64,000 nt of DNA. Origin: an uncultured Bdellovibrionales bacterium (GTDB lineage: Bacteria; Patescibacteriota; Minisyncoccia; Moranbacterales; UBA9337). A program made the position numbers and the translations under genes. How positions within the stretch are numbered: the first letter of the stretch is position 1; every line of letters begins with the position of its first letter. The notes beneath the pieces are model-generated. The model was given only the letters and a program-made list of their open reading frames with translations. It was not told the origin of the DNA and ran no database searches. The stretch is taken from positions 39,256 through 103,255 of the forward strand of contig CAZSCV010000005.1 of assembly GCA_964605525.1 (NCBI GenBank), written 5' to 3'. Of the stretch, positions 57,623 through 64,000 are shown piece after piece.

Positions 57623-58771
57623 TTATTCCGGGGTTTCTTCATCTTCGTCGCCCATTTCATTTTGTTTTTTGACGCCAAATCCCCTGGTTTCTTTTCCGAG
57701 TTCTTTGGCCAGGTCTATTTTTTTTCGAGTTTCAACTGGCAAAGTGGGGAGGATTTTTTTCAAAGCGGTGGCATCAATCTTGATTACATCATCCCATTGT
57801 CCCAAGGGTTCAAGAGCTTCTTTTACTTTCTTGTCGTCATATTTGTATGTGGCGCGAAGTGTCCGGGCGATTATTCCGGCATTGGAGAAAACTCTCTCGA
57901 CCCCTTCTTGGTCCATATATTGGGAAATTTTTTCTTGGAGCTCGGCGATTTTGTAACGCAGGCTTTTGGATTCATCCTCGGCAGAAATATAATCGGCAAT
58001 AGCCTGATTGACCTCCTCGGTGTCAATTTTGCGCACATCTTTGAATTTGTGTTTCCACATCGGGCAGATTTTTTGATATCCGCACCACGCGCAAAGAGGG
58101 GTGACATTGGGCTGGAATTTCCCTTCTTCAATTTGCCCGATAACTTCAAGGAACAATTCGTCGACTTCTTGCAGTTGTTTTTGATTTCGAGTGGCGCTGA
58201 GTTTTACTCCGTGTTTGAGGAAGTATAAGCTAACTTTTATTTTTTCCAAGTTTTTTGCTTCTTCCGGATAGCGCGACAAAAATGCTTTCAGGTAGATCGA
58301 GAGTTGCAGGTCATTGTCGATTTTTTCTTGGGAGGGCATTTTTTTGGTGGTTTTGTAATCCACGATTTCATAACCATCCTCGGTTTTGTCAATGCGGTCG
58401 ATTATTCCAGAGATGATATTTCCTTCCAAATCAAGAGAGAATCGACTTTCCAAATCTACAATATTGATTCTGGCAATGTCATTTTTTTCATAATATTTCC
58501 GGATCATTTCCACTCCCTGGGAAAAAGCGGCGCGCTCTTCAGCTTCAATCTCAAAAACATCACTATTCCAACTGCGAGAATAAAAATCCAAGGTTTGTTC
58601 AAGAGTAGGAGAAAGAATGCCCGGAGTGTGAGCAAATTTGAGGGCGCTGTGAATGATCGTCCCAAAAACCGCCTCTTTACTCTTAGGCTCTTTGATTTTG
58701 TCGATATTTTGATATTTGTACTTCAAGGGACAATTCTGATAAGTCCCCAAAGCGCTGTAAGATATTCGCAT
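57623..58771 (-). CDS. PD-(D/E)XK nuclease, RecB/Cas4-like, with a C-terminal Cys cluster
   Basis: N-terminus ISYSALGTYQNCPLKYKY, motif GIIDRIDK...EIVDYKTTKK, and C-terminal CAWCGYQKIC. No cas genes nearby. Confidence 0.7.
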   Translation of the reverse strand: MRISYSALGTYQNCPLKYKYQNIDKIKEPKSKEAVFGTIIHSALKFAHTPGILSPTLEQTLDFYSRSWNSDVFEIEAEERAAFSQGVEMIRKYYEKNDIARINIVDLESRFSLDLEGNIISGIIDRIDKTEDGYEIVDYKTTKKMPSQEKIDNDLQLSIYLKAFLSRYPEEAKNLEKIKVSLYFLKHGVKLSATRNQKQLQEVDELFLEVIGQIEEGKFQPNVTPLCAWCGYQKICPMWKHKFKDVRKIDTEEVNQAIADYISAEDESKSLRYKIAELQEKISQYMDQEGVERVFSNAGIIARTLRATYKYDDKKVKEALEPLGQWDDVIKIDATALKKILPTLPVETRKKIDLAKELGKETRGFGVKKQNEMGDEDEETPE

Positions 58772-59006
58772 TTATTTGTTGTTTATCACCAATTATTTCA
58801 AATTATATCACGCCCACCAATCAATGTCGACAAACCCCCAAACGGCTCACTAAACGGCCCACCTGAGTCGTTCACTCTCATAAGCCAATCTAGCATCATT
58901 TTCTTTACTCCGAGGTCGTTTGGCGGTATTATGAAAACATAAAGAAAAAGATGATCTATGGCGGGAAACAAAAAAACAGGGGATATTGAGAAAATAACTA
59001 AAAATT

Positions 59007-59595
59007 ATGGCGCAAGAATCACAAAATCAAATAATTATTTATGAAGGCAGTGACGGAAAAGCACGTATAGAAGTGCGATTTGAAGGTGAAACTGCTTGGC
59101 TTACTCAAGCGCAAATAGCACAGCTTTTTGGTAAAGGTAGGTCCACTATTGCAGAACATATTCAAAATATATTCAAAGAAAAAGAATTAGATGAAGAAGT
59201 GGTATGTCGGGATTTCCGACTAACCACAGAACATGGGGCAATAAGGGGAAAAACTCAGGAAAACACCGTAAAACATTACAATATCGATGTCATCATTTCA
59301 GTTAGCTATTGTGTAAAATCACCTCAAGGTACAAGGTTTCGTCAATGGGCAACAGCGCGACTTCGTGAATATTATGAAAATGGCGGACTGGGTGAAGCAT
59401 CTTGATAATATTCTTACATCTACTGGAGAACAACTCTTGCTGGATGCAGGAAACGTGAGCCATGAGCAGGCTATTGATAAGGCCGAAAGTGAATACAAAA
59501 AATATCAAGCCAAGACGCTTTCATCAGTAGAAAAAGATTATTTGGAAGCGATCAAAATGGTGGAGAAAAAGATTAAAAAGAAAACAAAGCCTTGA
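59007..59595 (+). pseudogene. RhuM-family (virulence/DNA-binding) protein split by a frameshift near 59370-59400
   Basis: ORF 59007..59405 has the RhuM N-terminal signature: IIIYEGSDGKARIEVRFEGETAWLTQAQIAQLF...YNIDVIISVSYCVKSPQGTRFRQWAT. ORF 59365..59595, in another frame, continues the family C-terminus (ADWVKHLDNIL...). Confidence 0.65.
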
Positions 59596-59678
59596 ATTAT
59601 CATTAGTACGTAGCATGTTATGTAGTGTCAGGATGATGGATAGTTTTATTAAATACCTTTTTAAATAAAAATAATTCT

Positions 59679-60278
59679 ATGGAAAACAGCTTTGAAAAAA
59701 GAGAAATGCCTATTGAATGCGAAGAGGTTGCGAAGGATAATTTAGATCTGGCTATTAAGATCCAGCGGGTCATTTTTCCCGAAGAAGATGGGGCATTAAA
59801 TCTGAGAGCATCAGTGGACGAAAGTCTTATTGAAAAAGTATATGGTGAAGGTGCCAGAGAAAAAGTAACTTTCTGGCTATGTAAAGATAAAGAGGGTGAC
59901 GCTGTGGGGATTACCGGTATCTATGTCTATTTCGAATATCCAGATGATGCTTGGCTTGCTTGGTATGGAATTTTGCCGGAAAAAAGAGGGCAGGGATATG
60001 GAAGCAAGTTATTGTTATGGACAATGAAGAAAGCGAAAGAATTAGGTTACAAGAATCTGCGGTTATATACCGATCTTGAGGATAATGGTGCGGCTGTGGA
60101 ATTGTATCGCAAAATGGGAATGATAGAAGAGTCATATGAGGCTGAGGATATGGGGGAGGAAAAAACAATAATTTTTTCTAAAAGCTTGGTATCTGATAAA
60201 TCAGAAAAACTCGGCAACAAGATGCTTTTTTTGAAAAAACAAGCAGAGATCCAAATGAGAGGAAAAGAGCTTGATTGA
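59679..60278 (+). CDS. GNAT-family N-acetyltransferase
   Basis: Motif A RGQGYGSKLLLWTMKKA. Confidence 0.75.
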   Translation: MENSFEKREMPIECEEVAKDNLDLAIKIQRVIFPEEDGALNLRASVDESLIEKVYGEGAREKVTFWLCKDKEGDAVGITGIYVYFEYPDDAWLAWYGILPEKRGQGYGSKLLLWTMKKAKELGYKNLRLYTDLEDNGAAVELYRKMGMIEESYEAEDMGEEKTIIFSKSLVSDKSEKLGNKMLFLKKQAEIQMRGKELD

Positions 60279-60473
60279 TGAAATTTTTTATTGATCTTGA
60301 CTTCAATTCTTAATCACATTATGGCAATTGCAATATATTGATTAAATTTTAGATAATAAATTAGTTGACTATATTGATTATTTGTGCATATAATATTAAG
60401 TTGTTTAACAATTTTAGTGAAAAGGCGTTATTTTTGAAATACAAACCAATATTTTTTCCAAGGAGGAGAGAAA

Positions 60474-61352
60474 ATGGAAAGCGGAAAATTTTATTGTTGC
60501 GGACAGTTGTTGACCGAATCAAATCAGTTGGGCGGAATATTTTCCTGTTGTAATGAGATGGATAATTCCGAAATGGCTATTATCGTCGGAGGATTTGCCA
60601 GAGTGGCTACCGAAGAAAAATTACTCTTGGCGATTGCCAAAAAGATTAATATGCCATCCTTTGTTCTGGATTGGCATGGACTCGGAATGTCCGAAGGAAA
60701 CTTCGGAGATGTTACAGTAAGCCGACTAAAGGATGACTTGAAAAAGGTTATCTGGAGGTTTCTCTCAGAAGGATTTTCCAAGTTCCATTTGATTGGGCAC
60801 AGCCTCGGAGCTTGTGCTATTGCCTTGCTTGATGGCGAAAATCGCGAGACGAATTGTCTTAATATTGACAAAAAAATTCTTCTTGCGCCCGCTCTGAATC
60901 AGAGCTTTCTTTTGAGGTATTGGTTTGCCAAAGAGAACGGGTTTGATTTTTCGATTTCAGACTGGAATGAGGATTGTGAAAAAAATAGTGCTCATTTCAA
61001 TGAATGGATAAGAGAAAGAAGATTTTGTGATTTTGGAGCATGTTGGGTGTTCGAAGATAAGTTCAAAGAATATCTTCAAAAGCGCAAACTTATTAAGGGG
61101 ATTAGCTTTGAGCCAGATTATTGGCAGCAGGAAAATTCAATGAATTACCTCTATTATTTGCACTACGATCACATGATCGAAGGGGTAATAGATAGAAAAG
61201 CACTCTTTTTACTCGGAGAGCATGACAAGACCGTGCCTCCGGAGAGTATTTCTTTTGAAGCACCTAACATGTACACCCTTGATGATGCCGATCATTATTT
61301 CACGGGAAAGGAAATGGAAGTCGCTGAAATTGCAAGAATTTTTTTAAAGTAG
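60474..61352 (+). CDS. alpha/beta-fold hydrolase
   Basis: Nucleophile elbow HLIGHSLGA. Strong SD. Confidence 0.6.
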   Translation: MESGKFYCCGQLLTESNQLGGIFSCCNEMDNSEMAIIVGGFARVATEEKLLLAIAKKINMPSFVLDWHGLGMSEGNFGDVTVSRLKDDLKKVIWRFLSEGFSKFHLIGHSLGACAIALLDGENRETNCLNIDKKILLAPALNQSFLLRYWFAKENGFDFSISDWNEDCEKNSAHFNEWIRERRFCDFGACWVFEDKFKEYLQKRKLIKGISFEPDYWQQENSMNYLYYLHYDHMIEGVIDRKALFLLGEHDKTVPPESISFEAPNMYTLDDADHYFTGKEMEVAEIARIFLK

Positions 61353-61599
61353 TATCGGCAAAAAAGATCGCATCTGAATATAAGTGTATAAATGGCCAGG
61401 GCTTGAATGAGTTCTGGCCATTTTTTTAAAAATCTTTATTAGGACTAGTATAAATTATAAAAAAGACCATGTTGCAATTAAGAATAGAATTCAAGCCGTA
61501 AACCTTGACGTTTTGTTTATTTCATTGTAATATGTTTAATAGTTTATTTTTAAGGCGTAGTTCATTTTATTAATTTTTTCAAAAAAGAAGGGTCTCAAG

Positions 61600-62064
61600 A
61601 TGGCAGAAGGCGGGATGATTATTGTTTCAGAGGGAATGTTTTCCCTCGAAGAGGTTGCGGAAATATTAAGGGGAAATAAGAAATTCCCTAAAGATATTTA
61701 TTCTCGAGGATTTAAGCCTGCTAAAATTAAGCAAAAGTTTCGAACAAGAAACGGGAGGGGGCGTAGTGGCAAGTGCCGCATATTTACTCGCGAGGAAATT
61801 TTATATGAGGAAATGTGTCGGCATGCTATCAATAAGCCGATGATAATTATTGGTACAATACTAATAATGATTGAAATCGGTTATAACTTTTTTGAAATTG
61901 ATTCAGAAAAAATCAGCACGTTTATTGAGGTGCTGAAATTCGAAAAAATCACTCGGCAAGAAATAGGTCGAGTATTGATGAAATTGGAGGACAGTAATTT
62001 GTTTGAAAGGCTGGTTCTTAAAAATCAGATAGGGCTGCAGGCAGCTTATAGGCTCTATCGTTAG
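61600..62064 (+). CDS. hypothetical protein
   Basis: ORF with a plausible SD. No motifs recognised. Confidence 0.3.
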   Translation: MAEGGMIIVSEGMFSLEEVAEILRGNKKFPKDIYSRGFKPAKIKQKFRTRNGRGRSGKCRIFTREEILYEEMCRHAINKPMIIIGTILIMIEIGYNFFEIDSEKISTFIEVLKFEKITRQEIGRVLMKLEDSNLFERLVLKNQIGLQAAYRLYR

Positions 62065-62230
62065 TTGAGTCCTGGGAGCGTACCAGGAAGGTCGTCTTCA
62101 CTGAAGCGGCCTTTTTTATTTTGTGTTTTTTCTTACTCCGCGTCTGTTGACATCCTTTTTTGAAAGTATTATTATTAAACCATACTGAATTGGTGGGGGA
62201 TAGATTTGTTTTGTTAAATAATTTGATATT

Positions 62231-62617
62231 ATGAAATTTTCAACTAAAGCTGAATATGGCCTGCGGGCGATTGTGAATCTGGCGGATGCGTATCCGGAAA
62301 TCAAGAGTTTAAACGATGTTTCCAAGGAGGAAAAAATTTCTCTCAAATATTTGGAGCGCCTGATGGGGGATATGCGCAAAAAAAATCTAGTTGTGAGCCA
62401 GAAGGGAAAAATGGGAGGATATGTTTTGGCGCGAGAGCCAAAAGATATTAATGCCGGGGAAATTGTTGAAGCGCTGGAAGGACCGATTGAGTTTATGCAG
62501 TGTGAAAGTTCGCAGTGTACTTCCAAAAATTGCCGGCCGAAAAAAGTTTGGCTTACGCTGGGAAGGCAAATTCGAGAAACATTAAAAAGCATTACATTGG
62601 AAGATTTGATAAAATAA
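62231..62617 (+). CDS. iscR: Rrf2-family transcriptional regulator (IscR-like, with Cys ligands)
   Basis: MKFSTKAEYGLRAIVNLA and the CESSQCTSKNC cysteine cluster. Upstream of a cysteine desulfurase. Confidence 0.8.
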   Translation: MKFSTKAEYGLRAIVNLADAYPEIKSLNDVSKEEKISLKYLERLMGDMRKKNLVVSQKGKMGGYVLAREPKDINAGEIVEALEGPIEFMQCESSQCTSKNCRPKKVWLTLGRQIRETLKSITLEDLIK

Positions 62618-62689
62618 ACAATATTCTGATTCGAATTTGCGAATAATGCGAATCTGCAAATAAAAAATAAATTTATTTACAAAAAAATT

Positions 62690-63898
62690 ATGAATAACAA
62701 TAAAAGAATATATTTGGATTATGCGGCAACTACTCCGGTCGATGAAAATGTTTTGAAAGAAATGATGCCGTATTTTTTTGAAAAATTCGGAAACGCAATG
62801 TCGGTGCACAGTTTTGGACAAGAGGCTCAGCAAGCAATTGACACAGCCAGAGAAAGAGTGGCGAAATTTTTCAATTGCTCTTCTTCGGAAATAATTTTCA
62901 CTTCCGGAGCCACAGAAAGCAATAACCTTACCGTTAAGGGTGTTGTAAAATCATTTCACTCCATTTCGCGCAAGAAAGGAGAAATCCCGCATATCATCAC
63001 AACTGTTTTCGAACATCATTGCGTTTTGGATGCTTGCCATGCGATGGAAAAGGAAGGTTTGGCGGAAATCACTTTTTTGCCAGTAGGGAGGGATGGAATT
63101 GTGAAGATTGCGGATGTCAAAAAAGCCATCAAGCCAAACACGATTTTAATTTCAGTTATGTATGTAAATAATGAAATTGGAACAGTCCAGCCGATTGAGG
63201 AAATCGGAAAAATGATCAAATTGCAAAATGCCGAAAGAAAAAATCGAATTCTTTTTCATACTGACGCGACCCAGGGCGTGAATTATTTTGATTGTAATGT
63301 GGAAAATTTGGGAGCGGATCTGCTTTCATTTTCCGCGCACAAGATATATGGACCGAAGGGAGTTGGCGTTTTGTATGTCCGCAGAGGAACGCCGATTCGC
63401 AGAATTCAAGATGGCGGAGATCAAGAATACAAACTCCGCGCCGGGACGCACAATGTTGTCGGAATTGTCGGCTTGGGAAAGGCAATAACTTTGATTAATG
63501 AAAAAGACAAAAAAAAGGTTTTGCAATTGCGGGATTATTTGATTGAAAAAGTTTTGCGGGAAATTCCCGCCGCATATCTGAATGGATCAAAGGAAAAACG
63601 TTCGCCGAACAATGCCAATTTCCGTTTTGACAATGTGGAAGGGGAGGGATTGATTCTCTCTCTGGATCTGGAAGGAATCGCCGCTTCAACCGGCAGCGCT
63701 TGTTCATCGGGAGCGCTTGAGCCATCTCATGTACTTTTGGCGTTGGGACTCAGGCATGAGCAGGCGCATGGAAGTTTGCGCATAACCATCGGGAAATATA
63801 CCACAAAAGCGGAACTGGACAGAACCGTCAAAGTGCTCAAGGAAACAGTCGCAAGACTTCGAAAAATTTCCGGAAATGTATTAGCTGACTTTAAATAA
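62690..63898 (+). CDS. iscS: cysteine desulfurase (IscS/NifS family)
   Basis: IYLDYAATTPVD, the PLP-Lys region SFSAHKIYGPKGVG, and the active-site SSGSAC loop. Confidence 0.9.
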   Translation: MNNNKRIYLDYAATTPVDENVLKEMMPYFFEKFGNAMSVHSFGQEAQQAIDTARERVAKFFNCSSSEIIFTSGATESNNLTVKGVVKSFHSISRKKGEIPHIITTVFEHHCVLDACHAMEKEGLAEITFLPVGRDGIVKIADVKKAIKPNTILISVMYVNNEIGTVQPIEEIGKMIKLQNAERKNRILFHTDATQGVNYFDCNVENLGADLLSFSAHKIYGPKGVGVLYVRRGTPIRRIQDGGDQEYKLRAGTHNVVGIVGLGKAITLINEKDKKKVLQLRDYLIEKVLREIPAAYLNGSKEKRSPNNANFRFDNVEGEGLILSLDLEGIAASTGSACSSGALEPSHVLLALGLRHEQAHGSLRITIGKYTTKAELDRTVKVLKETVARLRKISGNVLADFK

Positions 63899-64000
63899 AT
63901 ATTTTGTAAAGATTTCTTGTTTTTTAATTTTTTTAATAATTTTATATTTTAAAATTGTTTAGAAATTAGAAATTAGAAGTTAGAAATTTTAATATGAATT

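Noticed and set aside
1-64000. tRNA, rRNA, tmRNA and RNase P RNA genes
   Set aside because: No T-loop (GGTTCGAATCC-like) or other hallmark motifs were found by eye in intergenic regions. Cannot exclude without tRNAscan/Infernal.

Overview
This window is a low-GC, gene-dense bacterial segment with CPR/Parcubacteria-like gene content. It contains five recognisable blocks.

- 1-4.9 kb: a mosaic accessory region of toxin/defence-type cassettes separated by recurring promoter/terminator-like sequence modules. It holds a Fic gene flanked by ~111-bp direct repeats, a 5'-truncated DUF4143 ATPase, and an AbiEi/AbiEii-like pair.
- 4.9-19.8 kb: a large surface-glycan locus. It encodes a PAPS/sulfation branch (CysQ-like phosphatase, APS kinase CysC, carbohydrate sulfotransferase), four methyltransferases (two FkbM-type), a Wzx-like flippase, a 730-aa polytopic membrane protein, five glycosyltransferases (one a GT2-FkbM fusion), and the GDP-fucose pathway (Gmd, Fcl).
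- ~19.95-31.1 kb: an island that looks compositionally distinct, with higher GC by eye. It carries two co-transcribed secreted proteins (one with an FN3 domain) and a divergent, frameshifted sigma-54-type activator that lacks a sensor domain. A second AbiE-like cassette is inserted with a 45-bp duplication of a glycosyltransferase 3' end. The island also holds a GT2, a lipoprotein, a TSP3-type calcium-binding secreted protein, a 646-aa N-anchored extracellular protein with a transglutaminase-like C-terminus, an ExbD/TolR-like plus MotA/ExbB-like proton-channel pair, a very GC-rich UDP-glucose dehydrogenase, and a small SD-driven 45-aa ORF.
- 31-42.5 kb: more envelope genes. These are a nucleotide-sugar dehydrogenase, Dus, GT4 enzymes, an O-antigen-ligase-like protein, an LCP protein and an S41 protease. 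A small GIY-YIG (UPF0213) gene is bracketed by 25-bp palindromic inverted repeats. A third palindrome copy and a separate low-complexity element sit in frame inside the ligase gene, and the low-complexity element also occurs inside trmD.
- 42.6-64 kb: a conserved core. It has cysS, yidD, trmD, ftsW-murG-murC-murB, HPF, secA, a NUDIX hydrolase, secD carrying an embedded parvulin PPIase domain, secF and an archaeal-type UMP kinase. These are followed by a Cas4/RecB-like nuclease, a frameshifted RhuM gene, a GNAT, an alpha/beta hydrolase, and Rrf2 with IscS.

No rRNA, tRNA or CRISPR array was detected by eye. The most novel candidate is the ExbB/ExbD-like motor coupled to a large anchored transglutaminase-like protein and a Ca-binding partner inside the higher-GC island.
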